A stretch of 64,000 nucleotides of DNA from assembly GCF_032191835.1 (NCBI RefSeq), contig NC_083237.1:12834001-12898000 (forward strand), in the 5' to 3' direction. This DNA comes from Heteronotia binoei. Taxonomy: Eukaryota. Each line of letters starts with the position of its first letter. Within the stretch, counting starts at the first letter, position 1. Positions 49,373 to 61,010 of the stretch are shown here, in pieces. The position numbers and the translations under genes are program-made. The notes beneath the pieces were generated by a model that was given only the letters and a program-made list of their open reading frames with translations, was not told the origin of the DNA and ran no database searches.

Positions 49373-49388
49373 GGCTCTTTTCAGAGCC
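49373..49388 (+). terminator. Histone 3' stem-loop of H3 copy 2
   Basis: CCAAA-GGCTCTTTTCAGAGCC-ACCCA; HDE AAAAGAGCTG ~49405-49414. Confidence 0.96.
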
Positions 49389-49492
49389 ACCCACTTTCTC
49401 CAAGAAAAGAGCTGTGCCTCTAGAAGTCCGTGTTGTTGGTGAGATTTGGTCTAGAGTGCGGGAGGGGAAATATCTAGGTTTGCACACCGGTG

Positions 49493-49864
49493 ATGACATC
49501 AGCCAGCAGGCGAGCAAAGAGCCCAGGGCGGCACACACAAGTGTTGCCACACCGCCACTTTTCTTCACAGGACAAACGTCTGTGCTGGTCAGAGGCTTCA
49601 AAGGAAGCCAGCGAAGAGTGCCCCGTTTTACTGCTGCCCGTTGCTTTCGGGTTGAAGTGGCTGGGTGGGCGGCACCTTCCCATTGCGCTCATCAGCTCTG
49701 ACTAGTGCAATGGGAAGGTGCTGCCACCCAGCTGCTTTCAACCTAAAATTTGAGGTAAAATTGGGCTCTCTTTGGAGGCTTCGTTGGAAGTCTCCAACAA
49801 GCACAAGCAACGTTTGCCCTGCAAAGAAAAGCGGCTCTTGGCTTGCCTGCTGGCTGGCGACATT
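49493..49864. repeat. ~370-bp imperfect inverted repeat (MITE-like fold-back)
   Basis: Arms include caccttcccattgcgct/agtgcaatgggaaggtg, cttttcttcacaggacaaacgt/acgtttgccctgcaaagaaaag and cagccagcaggcgagc/gcttgcctgctggctg. Confidence 0.75.
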
Positions 49865-50790
49865 GTGCCACATGGGAAGGGGGAGTAAGGGGATACCCAG
49901 CAGCACCCGCTGGCAGGCTGGTGCCTCAGACGGCCGCCTACCCTGCCTACTCCCACGCACTGCTGCTGCAGAAGACACTTGTGTCTGGGGCATTTCATTT
50001 GGCTAAAACCAACAGAAGCAACCACCTGGTAACCAGAGGACTGCAAGGAGCTTGATGCTCTGCAGGGAACCTTGTGAGGAGAAAGCTGCAGGTTGGAACT
50101 CTTCAGAGAAGTCTGTGCAATTGCCTCAATGCTTCCACTGTCCTGACTTGAACTGTATTGCTGATAGAGAAACTTGAGAAGCTGCTAGCTGTAGCAAATA
50201 TTGGCTAGGACAGCTAGTAAGGTTTTTTTGTTTCTGTGTTTCTTGTTTGTCTGTACGCCTCTATTTTTTTTCTGTCTTGTACATAAACTGCAACCTTCTT
50301 ATATTTTAAGTGCAAGGAGTTCTGGTCCTCATTACTAGTCTAATTGGGTGAATTTGCACTAAGTAGCAGAAAACAAGGAACCCTCTATGTTAATGGGAAT
50401 TTTTCTCTAAATTAGAAATTCTGGATATCTCCCAGAAACGTGACATTTTGACACCTACCACCCTCTCCTCTCCTCCCCTCCCTTTATGCTTGCGCCCCCT
50501 TATTTTTATTCACCGCTCTCCAATGGCACACAAGGCTACTACAGCCCCCCTGGATCGTTCCAGTGCCCCCCAGGGGGCAATATCACCCACTTTGGGAAAC
50601 ACTGTTTACACGAACAAAAATGTAGGGTTTTTGCAGAGCTTTTCTGTAAGGTATCTGATATGGAGGCATTTGCTGGACCTGCATAGAAATTATACTCTGG
50701 GTAAGGCAGCTTGAGTCTTTGCCCAGTTTCTTGCAATCACATTTCCTTTCGGCTTCTGTAAAAACCAGTCCTGAAGCCAAAAACATTGAA

Positions 50791-50873
50791 TGTCAGAAGT
50801 GGGATTCGAACCCACGCCTCCAGGGGAGACTGCGACCTGAACGCAGCGCCTTAGACCGCTCGGCCATCCTGAC
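50791..50873 (-). tRNA. tRNA-Leu-CAG: tRNA-Leu(CAG)
   Basis: GTCAGGATGGCCGAGCGGTCTAAGGCGCTGCGTTCAGGTCGCAGTCTCCCCTGGAGGCGTGGGTTCGAATCCCACTTCTGACA. Confidence 0.98.
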
Positions 50874-51101
50874 TACTTGTGTATTTATTTCCTGCTCTGA
50901 AATTGTAGCTCTGCGTACCCTTCTCTGTCCTTCTCATCTTCAATTATCTTTATAGTAGTTGCTGGTGAGAGTATTGAATACAAGCAAACACGCCGGCATG
51001 AATTGGTTTCAGCAACAATAACTTAATCTTTCCGCGCCAGCTGCTCTCCAATCCTCTGGATCTTGTTTTTTTTTTCCTCAATGAAAGCGGAAGCTCAAAT
51101 C

Positions 51102-51118
51102 GGCCACGAGGGGGCGCA
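51102..51118 (+). promoter_or_regulatory. Candidate CTCF site
   Basis: GGCCACGAGGGGGCGCA closely matches CCACNAGGGGGCGC; motif match only. Confidence 0.6.
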
Positions 51119-51727
51119 ATATTTTGCTTTACGAAATAATGATGATGATGATAGATCTCTCCCCATCCCCCCCAACCCTCAAAGATATCCCCCCCGCCCC
51201 AGTACTGAGGTTCAGTACTGGCACATGTTATGAAAATAATAGTAATAAATACAGACTCCTACTACGTTAGCTTTTAGGGCGCCAAAAATGTGCTGTATAT
51301 CTTTGCGGGAAATATATGAATCCGGCTTCTCAGAAGCCATGGTTCCGTGGTAAGCGCCTTTCTTTCATCCCTTTGATCCTTCATGAATCAAAGATGGTGT
51401 GTGTGTGTGCGGAGGGGGGGTGAATGTGTGACCAGGGCACTGTCTCCTTCCCAGCCCGCTGGGCTTGCTGCTTAAACGAGCTCTGGATCTGTAAATCGTT
51501 CCTGTTTGCTGAGCGGGAGGTCTGAAGGAAGAGGATCCTTTTGCTAGAGGTTTTATCTCAAATATCCGTGAAAAGGGGGATGGGAGAGATTATGCCGATT
51601 TTTTAAACCGCTTTCAGTAACGATAATGCATTCCTTCCCCAGAATTGCTAAAACATTCCTTTCTCCAGTATTTATTAATCTTGCATATATTTTAAAAATA
51701 CGTTTTATATACATAAAAATACATACT

Positions 51728-51799
51728 TAGCAGAGGATGGTTTCGATCCATCGACCTCTGGGTTATGGGCCCAGCACGCTTCCGCTGCGCCACTCTGCT
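51728..51799 (-). tRNA. tRNA-iMet-CAT: Initiator tRNA-Met(CAT)
   Basis: AGCAGAGTGGCGCAGCGGAAGCGTGCTGGGCCCATAACCCAGAGGTCGATGGATCGAAACCATCCTCTGCTA (A1-U72 pair, GATCGAAA T-loop). Confidence 0.98.
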
Positions 51800-52866
51800 T
51801 GTTGAGTTCAACCGTCTAATGTAAGCTTTCGAAACCGCTGACTGTCTTTCTGTCTTCTGTGATGCCATTTGTTTTCCTAGTGTGTCTTTCTGCTCTGTTC
51901 AAACGTTTTGGCTATAACAGCTGGGTTTCGTCTTTATCAGTGTGCCTCAATATTCACGGGTTACCAAGTGTTGGAAAGACGAGTGACAGCCGGCGGATAC
52001 AACAGGACGACTAGGCGGCGCTAGAATGGACAGACAGTCTGTTTTCACTCAGGTGGATCTTCATAATGCGATCTCTGGCTTCCCTCGGCTTGCAAACTAG
52101 TCTTTGCAAGGGAGCCATAATTTTACGCTCCGTTGGTGTGTGAGGGTTGTTTGTGTATTGCCTGAGCTCAAGAACGAGGTTTGAGTCCAGTGGCACCTTT
52201 CAGACCACAAAAGCTTATACTCAGAATAAAACTTTGCGGGTCTTAAAGGTACCACTGGTCTGAAATTTTTTTCTGTTGCTTCAGACCAAAACAGCTACCC
52301 ATCTGAATCTGTCTGAACTCAAGATTGGGTTCAAAGGACAGAGGCCCTTTTAGCTGGCTCTGAGAGATTCTCTGATCTGGCGTGGGAGATTCTCTGATCT
52401 GGCGTGAGTCCCTGAATTGAAAGATTCTCTAATCTGGTATCATTTCCAAAATTCCTGACCCAGTAGCTCTTCATATGGATGCATGATTGTGTCTTCTCCT
52501 AATAAACTCAGCGGTAGGTAAAGCGTAGCTAGGAGGATGGATGTGGAGTCGAATATTCTGAAAATGGCATTTTCTTTCACCCCTTTGACTCAGCGTCGGA
52601 AACGACTGGTGCTTGCACAGGGGACTACCTTTTTTAAAAAGGCACTTCTTGGTCTTGTAGAATCTCCAGGGGGACACAGTTATCGCCTAATGAGCGAACT
52701 GTCTTGCCACGAAACTACATTAGGAAGCAAAATCCTGGTCATTATTCTGTGACCTTTATCAGGCTAAGTAGAACAAGAAGGGTGGAAGGGACCGATAGAA
52801 AAGAAAGATATCGTCTAGCGGAAAAACTGAGTCAAAGAGCGGGTAGGGGAAAAAAATAAAGAATTT

Positions 52867-52948
52867 CGACGAAGGTGGGATTCGAACCCACGCGTGCAGA
52901 GCACAATGGATTAGCAGTCCATCGCCTTAACCACTCGGCCACCTCGTC
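52867..52948 (-). tRNA. tRNA-Ser-GCT: tRNA-Ser(GCT)
   Basis: GACGAGGTGGCCGAGTGGTTAAGGCGATGGACTGCTAATCCATTGTGCTCTGCACGCGTGGGTTCGAATCCCACCTTCGTCG. Confidence 0.98.
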
Positions 52949-53241
52949 TATATGGTTCTAGATTTGTCTTCGAGCCCAATACAGATGTATCCTTTGCAAT
53001 GTTAGTGAATAATGTGTTTGTATTGTCTTCATTCCTTTTACCCAGATGAACACAAGCCCAAAACAGAATGTAGAAAAGTGGTACATAGGAGAGCATTCTA
53101 AAACTTGAAAGTCCATGATCTTCCAGTTTCTGGGTGCTGGCCATTCTATCATTTCCTTCTCTTTAGACATGTGCAAATTGGGTGTTAGGTTTGTGTGAAG
53201 TCTGGCTGGGTTCAGCAACAGAGGGAAAACAAGATCTAATT

Positions 53242-53601
53242 CAGGGGTGGCCAAACTTGCTTAACGTAAGAGCCACANNNNNNNNNNNNNNNNNNNNNNN
53301 NNNNNNNNNNNNNNNNNNNNNNNNNNNNNNNNNNNNNNNNNNNNNNNNNNNNNNNNNNNNNNNNNNNNNNNNNNNNNNNNNNNNNNNNNNNNNNNNNNNN
53401 NNNNNNNNAGGGAAGGAAAGGTGGAAAGAAAACAACTTTTAACTTTAAATGCATTCTCCAAGCTGCCGACTGGCTTGGCTTGGAGAAGTGATTTAAAGAG
53501 AAATGCCTTCTGTAAACTGGCCAGTGCCGGGGCTTCAAGAGCCACAAGCCATGTGTGAAAGAGCCCCATGTGGCTCCCGAGCCACAGTTTGGCCATCCCT
53601 G
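53242..53601 (+). mobile_element. hAT-type MITE (partly masked)
   Basis: TIRs caggggtggccaaact / agtttggccatccctg; TSD atctaatt / atcttatt (7 of 8 match). Confidence 0.85.
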
Positions 53602-53673
53602 ATCTTATTTAAAAGATGGAAACTCACAGTCTTAAACCTTTTTTAAAAAAATGAAGACCGCAGGTCACCCAAG

Positions 53674-53746
53674 GGTTCCATAGTGTAGTGGTTATCACGT
53701 CTGCTTTACACGTAGAAGGTCCTGGGTTCGAGCCCCAGTGGAACCA
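53674..53746 (+). tRNA. tRNA-Val-TAC: tRNA-Val(TAC)
   Basis: GGTTCCATAGTGTAGTGGTTATCACGTCTGCTTTACACGTAGAAGGTCCTGGGTTCGAGCCCCAGTGGAACCA; one G-U pair in the anticodon stem. Confidence 0.94.
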
Positions 53747-54178
53747 GTAAGGTGACACTTTTCTCTCCCGGGATCCCCGAGAAGTGATTCTGAAGACGCT
53801 GCCCTGTTTGGTATGTCGGGAACTGCGTGGGGGAAAGAGGCTTGTTCAATCTAAACCACAAGTTTTTTAGAAACAACAGAACACAGTGTGGCTAGAATTT
53901 TACCTCTCAACAAGAAATTCAAAAAATAGGAACTTTAAAAGGAACAAACCAAATCAATGAGAGCCGGGGGCGGGGGGGACTCCTTTATTTGAACGTCAAG
54001 TTAAATTGACTGACATATTAGAGGGGGGGTGAGTAGAAGCGGAGGGTGAGTGAATAAGCAGATGGCACTTTGGGGAGTTCTTCGTTTTTGAAGAGGACAA
54101 TGCTATCCATTCTCGCTTCCTAAGAAAGAAATGGCATTTAAAAACGGGGGGGTGGAAAAAGTGGAGGAAAAACATTTC

Positions 54179-54252
54179 TGGCCCGTACGGGGATCGAACC
54201 CGCGACCTTGGCGTTATTAGCACCACGCTCTAACCAACTGAGCTAACCGGCC
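54179..54252 (-). tRNA. tRNA-Ile-AAT: tRNA-Ile(AAT)
   Basis: Identical to the 45504 gene; T5 downstream. Confidence 0.98.
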
Positions 54253-54534
54253 GGCTGAAATCCCTGTTTGAAGCAGAGCATGTGACTCAACTTCTTCTTG
54301 AATTCTCTGCAGCAAAATGCAGTGGCTTCTTCACCTCTTCGATGCAGCGAGGCTTCCCGAGACTGTTGGGCCGGGTGTGTCCCACCGAAGTCTTGCTTAG
54401 GCGCCGTTCTGTATATTCACACTCGGGCTCTTTGACTACAGACTGAGAAGAGGCCATCATTGCTAAAGGGCTGCCTCTACTTTTCCTTTCTCAGTTGCAA
54501 ATCTAACAGTCAATTTGGGATGTGGGGGGTGCTA

Positions 54535-54960
54535 ATTTAGGATTGCCAATCCCCAGGTGGGAGCAGGGAATCCCCCGGTTTGGAGGCCCTCCCCCCGCTT
54601 CAGGGTTATCAGAAAGTGGGGGGAGGGGGCAATGTCTGCTCAGCAGTACATTATCCCCTAGGGAGACCAATTCCCATAGAATATAATGAAGAATTGATCC
54701 ATGGGTATCTGGGGCTCTGGGGGAGGGGCTGTTTTTTGAGATAGAAGCGCCAAATTTTCTGCATATCATGCAGTGCCTCTCCTCAAAACACCCACCAAGT
54801 TTCAAAAGGTTTGGACCAGGGGGTCGAATGCTATGAGCCTCCAAAGAAGGTGCCCCTATCCTTCATTATTTCCAGTGGAGAGAAGGCATTTAAAAGATGT
54901 AGCCATTTCACACTGCCATCTCCCTTTGATGTTCTTGCATGGAAAGGTGGCAACTTGGAG
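54535..54960. repeat. tagggttgcca-type non-autonomous repeat (relatives ~7490-7665, 17480-17740, 28640-28830, 41560-41670)
   Basis: Shared ggattgccaatccccaggtgggagcagggaatcccccggtttggaggccctccccccgcttcaggg block. Confidence 0.55.
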
Positions 54961-55019
54961 AACAGAAACGGTGTCTTCGTAGATCATGCATGGGATAGAG
55001 AAGAAAGTCGAGAAAGAAG

Positions 55020-55415
55020 TCCTTTTCTCCCTTTCTCACAATACAAGAACTCGCCAGCACTCAATGAAATTGCCGAGCAGTCAAGTCAGAACTCATAAAA
55101 GGAAGTCCTTCTTCACCCAAAGGGTGATTAACGCATGGGATTCACTGCCACAGGAGGTGGTGGCCGCTGCAAGCATAGGTGGCTTCAAGAGGATCAACAT
55201 ATGGAGCAGAGGTCCATCAGTGGCTATTAGCCACAGCATATTGATGGAACTCTCTGTCTGGGGCAGTGATGCTTTATCTTCTTGGTGCTTGGGGGGCACA
55301 GTGGGGGGGCTTCTAGCATCCTGGCTCCACTGATGGGCCTCCTGATGGTGCCTGGTTTTTTGGCCACAGTGTGACTCGATGGGCCATTGGCCTGACCCAA
55401 CACGGCTTCTCTTAC
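55020..55415 (+). mobile_element. CR1 LINE 3' fragment
   Basis: HNTRTRQHSMKL..HKRKSFFTQRVINAWDSLPQEVVAAASI plus 3' UTR. Confidence 0.88.
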
Positions 55416-56413
55416 ATTATGAAATATTTCCCCACCATTTATTGTGATTTTTGTTCACCTAAATGTCAGATTTGCATTTATTTATTTGTTTCCTTTTACG
55501 TACTGCCTGCCCTGCTTGTTCTAGAGAGAGCAGAAGGGCATTGTTGACATAAGGCACGTATTGAATCCTGGAGGCTGAGCAAGCCAAGAAGCCCCAGCCC
55601 AGATGGCTTGATTGATGCTCAAGCATATCTCTGAACCAAGATGGCATCTGGGCTTGTTGGAAGATCTGATCCATGAGCTTGTATTTCAGTTTAAGTGATC
55701 CATTGATGTTGATTGAGGTCGGGGGATACCTTCCGAGGAAAGATTTCCCAGCCGTGACATATGCGAGAAAAATATTATCCAGGATTGGTTCGCACTTGGA
55801 GCTGTGGCAGGCTATTTCTTGGTCTCAGTCCGAGCCAATTTTATTTTATTTTTGCGACAACCGACTAACCCAGCTAACCATCTGGAACGCTGCGGTGCCC
55901 AAAGTTATAAGCAAAAAGACTTGCATGAATCCCAACTGGTTACCTCTTTGGAATGTGGTTCATTCACGGCATCTTACACCAAAACGGGGTTGAATCCAGG
56001 GACAGATTTCTGCTAAGGCAACAGGCAGTGACTTTCACTCACTTCGCCCTTCCATGGCAGACCTCCAGCTGGACCCACGCATTGATGCTGGGGGTCTCCC
56101 TGCCCCCCAAAGCGATGGCTGCCATCAGTGAGGGGAGAGAAGCCTATGTTGAATCCAACACTTTGCATTTCCCATTCTCAAATTACATCATTACCTGCCT
56201 TAGCAGACAGATCTTATGTTTCTTTGTAGGCCTGGATGTGTTCCTTTTTCTCTCTCCCAGGATGGAGCAGATCCTTGTTTACAAATTAAAATTCCGTGCT
56301 TAGTTCTCATGGCCCTTTTTTAACACGATTAGGGAAATGCTTTAAAAAGGGCCATGAGAACTAAGCACTTAATTTCAATTTGTAAACTACTCCATCCTGG
56401 GAGAGAGAGAAAA

Positions 56414-56794
56414 TAGATGCAGAAGAACAGATGCTTTCGGGCTGTGGTGCTGGAGAAGAATCTTGAGAGTCCCTTGGACTGCAAGAAGATCAAATCAGTC
56501 AGTCCTAAAGGAAATCAACCCAGACTGTTCCCTGGAAGGTCAGATGCTGAAGCTCAAATCCTTTGGGCACCAAATGAGAAGGGAGCACTCACTGGAGAAG
56601 CCCCTGATGCTGGGAAAGACAGAAGGCAAAAGAAGAAGGGGACGGCAAAAGAGGAGATGGCCGGACAGCATTACTGATGTAACAAACACAAATTTCAACA
56701 GACTTCGGAGGATGGTAGAAGACAGGAGGGCCTGGCGTGACTTGGTCCATGAGGTCGCAAAGAGTCGGACTCGACTGTGCAACTGAACAACAAC
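56414..56794 (+). mobile_element. RTE/Bov-B LINE 3' fragment
   Basis: LRVPWTARRSNQSVLKEINPDCSLEGQMLKLK..GKRRRGRQKRRWPDSI; tail actgaacaacaac. Confidence 0.9.
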
Positions 56795-57519
56795 AGGGAA
56801 ATGCTGACCACCACTTTGCAGTCAGGAAACAATTTTTCTTCAGGCCAGTTTGGCCAGAGATCCTGGGGGTTCTCTCCCCTCCCCCCTCCCAATCTTCTGG
56901 GCATGGAATCGGGGCATGTGTAGGGGGGAGGTGAATTTCCTGCATTGTGAAGGAGGTTGGATGAGATGACTTTGAGGTCCCTTCTACCTCTATGGTTCTA
57001 GGATTCTGATCATCTTTGATGCTATAACAATTAAGGTGTAGATTATAAGGAAGAAAGTTCCAGGTTGTTGGAAAACAGAATCGTGACAGACAGGCTAGAT
57101 TACAGGGGGAGCGAACGTTGGCTCTCCAGATATTTTTTGCCTACAATTCCCATCAGCCCCAGCCAGCATGGCCAATGGCTGGGGCTGATGGGAGTTGTAG
57201 GCAAAAAAAAACATCTGGAGAGCCAACGTTCCTTACCCCTGGGCTAGAACCACATAAGCTATTAATCACACAGCCCCAGCATCTAGCATAAGATTTGCTG
57301 CTAACTATAAACACCAGAGGAGTTGGGAGGTCAGGTAAAAAAAAATCTTCTGTTGTTATCTCCGTCTTCCCTATCCTCCTCAGCATCCGGGGATTCAGTA
57401 ACCACCCAACACATATAGACAATAACAATCCCAAATACCCCATAGCTACTAGGCATCTTCTCCCACCCCAAGCTGGGAAGACTCACACACAACCACACAC
57501 ATTTCCGAAGTTAGTAAAC

Positions 57520-57525
57520 TTTTAT
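57520..57525 (-). terminator. PFAS polyadenylation signal
   Basis: AATAAA ~283 nt after the stop, with a GU-rich element (gtgtgtggttgtgtgtg) ~20 nt further downstream. Confidence 0.75.
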
Positions 57526-57807
57526 TGGCACTTTAGAAATTGCATTGGTCCCGTGAGGCTCTACCATGAGAAAAACACAATCTTGTTCCTCGCTGCACAA
57601 TGTCGACCTCCTGTGGTCAGCGGAAGTACTGCACCCGTCCTTGTTCTCTCAAAACTCTGACTCTGAGTGAGGACAACAGTACAGCCAAGGGATTGTGATA
57701 AGATTATCTGGTCCAGCACAGCTTTTAATTAAAGGGAAAGAGCAGCTTATTTGAGGAGGTGCATCAAAGCAACATCGAAAGGGCAGAGAGGGCTTGGGAA
57801 GATGTGG

Positions 57808-58130
57808 TCAAGGTTGGCCTTCGGGGTAACGCAAGCACCATTCGCAGGCATTCTGGAACATGCGTAGCCAGGGGGAAACCCTCAGCGACTGGCGCCAAGA
57901 GCTCGGCATCCACGGCCACTGCCAGGGAAGGACGCAACGCTCAGGGTGAGGCATCATGGCCAAGTGGCGTCCATCAGGGGAACAAACGCCTGCGATGCCC
58001 AGGGGAGACCCATTGGGATTCAGAGGGTACTCCTCAGTCGGCTGCCCCTGATCGTCCACATAGCGTAGCGGGACCAGCCGGGCGGAGCGCATGCGATCGA
58101 GGATTTCAGTTGAGCGAAACTGCATCCGAC
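57808..58130 (-). CDS. PFAS: Phosphoribosylformylglycinamidine synthase, last coding exon
   Basis: (G)RMQFRSTEILDRMRSARLVPLRYVDDQGQPTEEYPLNPNGSPLGIAGVCSPDGRHLAMMPHPER..SPWLRMFQNA: glutaminase His/Glu motif; acceptor cag at 58131-58133, phase matches the upstream exon. Confidence 0.95.
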
Positions 58131-58149
58131 CTGATCGGAGGAGGAAAAA

Positions 58150-59188
58150 GAAGAGAAGAGACTGGATTTATACCCCACCCTTTGCTAGCCAAAGGAGTCT
58201 CAGAGCAGCTTACAAATCTCTTTTCCCCTCCCCACAAAAGACATTCTGTGAGGTGGGTGGGGCTGAGAGAGCTCTGTCAGTCAGTCAGTCAGTTTATTGC
58301 GGCTCTAGGCCAATCAACAACAACAACAACAACTCATCAATAACAGTACAACACAACACCAAGCTAAAATATAACACAACAATATAAAACTATGTACAAC
58401 CATCAAAATAGTAATAAAATTATCTGACGTAGGCAACACTTAACTAAGGGCACCTTCTTTCAAATACAAACAGCATTAAGTTTCTTCCTGTCAAGGTCGG
58501 CAACATATAGAAACTTAGCAAGATCCAGAGAAAGTTGATCACTCCCATCCCCTAAGAGGAAGTAAATGACTTGGGCCTGATTCAAAGATTTAGCTAGCAT
58601 TAGATGGTTCCGCAGAAGTCTGTACCTTGCCTCTGTGTGGAAAAGACAGTTCAGAATGAGATGGGGAACCGTATCGACCTCCTCCAGGCCGCATGGACAG
58701 ATCCTGTCTTCTAACGGGATCTTGTGGAAACGGCCACTCAGTACTGCTGTGTCAAGAATGTTCAGGCGTGCCAAGGACAGCATCCGCCTGATCTTGATTG
58801 GCTGTATCTTTTCAAGATACCTGGCACATTTAAGATCACTTATAAAAAAGGTTGGGATATACGTCCCCCCAACTTTGGCCAGAGATTGTTTTAACTCCAA
58901 TTCCAGTAATCGGTCTCTGATAATTACTTTTGCCCCGTTCTTGAACATGAGGGCTAGGGAATCAATATTCAGATCACATTCCTCTAGTTTGGAATTTAAT
59001 TTCCTCAACCAATTGCTAACAAATGAGTCATAGAGAGAGCTCTGACAAACTGCTCTTGAGCAGAACAGCCTTGAGAGAACTTGTGGCTGACCCAAGGGCA
59101 CATCAGCAGGTACAAGTGGAGGAGTGGGGAATTGAACCTGGTTCTCCCAGATAAAAGTCTGTGCACTTAACCACTACACCAAACTGGC
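58150..59188 (-). mobile_element. tRNA-derived SINE (family A) split into 58150-58276 and 59033-59188 by a LINE insertion
   Basis: The two halves join into a complete copy like 20052-20321. Confidence 0.8.
58277..59032 (-). mobile_element. Non-LTR retrotransposon 3' fragment with a CCHC knuckle (RTE-X-like), (TGAC)n tail
   Basis: Open frame ..YLEKIQPIKIRRMLSLARLNILDTAVLSGRFHKIPLEDRICPCGLEEVDTVPHLILNCLFH..; AATAAA then (ctga)n; 12-bp TSD gagagagctctg at 58265-58276 and 59033-59044. Confidence 0.8.
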
Positions 59189-60750
59189 ACAGGATGAATA
59201 CACACTAGTGTTCCCTCTAAAGTGAGTTGGTGTGAGCTAGCTCCGGCTCACAAATTTTTGTCTTAGCTCAGGAAAAATTGTCCCAGAGCAAACTAATTGA
59301 TGCAGCAGGTCACAACTTTAATGCCCGAAGCTCACAAAGTGGAATTTTCAATCACAAGACCCCACAGCTTAGATACACGCATGAAGCTGCCTTCTAGTGA
59401 ACCAGAACACCCTGGGTCCATCAAAGTCAGCCTTGTCGATTCAGATCGACAGCAGCTCTCAGGGGTCTTAAGTGAACGCCTCTGACATCACCTGCTGCCT
59501 TGTCCTTTTAGCAGGAAAGGGCTGAGCACTGGGCCTTCTGCATGCAAACCAGAGGCTCTACCGTTGAGCCAAGTCCTGCATGTTTCGCACGAGAAAGTCC
59601 TCACAGAATCCAGGAGGAAACACGTGAAGTTGCCTTATACTGAACCAGACAGACTCCCAAGGTCTAGCAAGGTCAGTATTGTCTACTCAGGCTGGCAGCT
59701 GCTCTCCGGGATCCCACAGAAGCCTTTCACATCGCCTCCCCTCTGACCCCGTTAACTGGAGACGCTGGGGATTGAACCCAGGGATCATCTGCAGAGGCTC
59801 TACCCAGGGCCAGATTAAGAATTAGGCCAAGTAGGCACCGGTCTATGGGCCCCATGCTGGCTCCTCACCCCGCATCCCCAGTTTTCCGCCTGCTTGCAGC
59901 CCTCCCAGCCTGCGTGCGCAACCAGCAGCTGAACTGCTTTTTGCCCGACCTGCCTGGTGCAGCTGCTGCTGGCGTTGTCACAAGTTTGCCTCTCCCTCGC
60001 AGCTTTCTCAAAGAGGCTTTTGGGAAGGGGCCCACAGGCTGCGGTGGGGGGGGGGGGCACTCAGAGTCTGAGATTACTTGCAAGATTTTGACTGCCTAGG
60101 GGCCTCCACAGAGTTTAATTCAGCACTGGATCTACCACCTGCCTCTTCCATCAACAGAACCTAACGCTTTCACCGGAACTTGAACCCAGGGCTTTCTGCA
60201 TGTAAAGCAGCTATGAGAACCCCTATACTATGAAAACCACTGCTGGGATGAGTGGGACCCCAATCATATTTATATTATAGCCTCTCTGTACTGGCCAATG
60301 AAGATCAGGGGTCGCCACGACTGGCACAAGAACAAAACTTACATCGGTGTGAACTTATTTATCCTTTTCCCCCCTGTATTTCATATTACAAAATTGCCTT
60401 TATAGGAATTGTCAGACTTAACAGGTACCTGAACGAAAAGATTCATAATATAAAATATTACAACGTTGACGGTGTTCAGCTTAGAGATAACAATATGTGA
60501 CAATGTGTGTATTTCAAGAAAGTATTGCAGACGTAGACTTGTATTCCTTGAAAGTAACTTTATGCAGAACAAGGTTAATATGTATTCTGTTTTCTACTTC
60601 CCCTCTTCCCTGACCCTACTTTTTTCATTCCTAAACTAATCAAACTTTTTAAAATTGAAGGACAAAAACTTACAAACAAGGTAGGATCCTACCCCATGGC
60701 GCTTTCTGAATCCAGTAGCAGCAGCCCCCAGTCCCCCCCCAAATAATTAC

Positions 60751-60903
60751 CTTCTCCGTGAGCCACCCAGATGCCGAGGGTAGAACCGGCCATACCCCGC
60801 AGCATCAGCGCCGGACTTTCCTCGACGTTCAGGGTCACAAAACGCGATTCAAAGCGACCAGAACTGTTGGGGCTCAGCAGCAGGCCTGGTTTGGTGAAGC
60901 CGC
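60751..60903 (-). CDS. PFAS: PFAS penultimate coding exon (153 nt)
   Basis: (G)GFTKPGLLLSPNSSGRFESRFVTLNVEESPALMLRGMAGSTLGIWVAHGE(G); tag acceptor and gtaatt donor; not in the ORF track. Confidence 0.93.
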
Positions 60904-61010
60904 CTACAAACAGCCAGACCAGAGGTTCACAAGAAGCCCACGATGCAGGACAACCTCCCCCCAGGAGAAACGGCTGGAGTCAACATCCGCCAAGGAGGAT
61001 CTCCTCTTAC

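Noticed and set aside
49950-50446. Solo LTR ending in ..gtgaca
   Set aside because: The end looks LTR-like but I could not find a matching TG start, TSD or second copy
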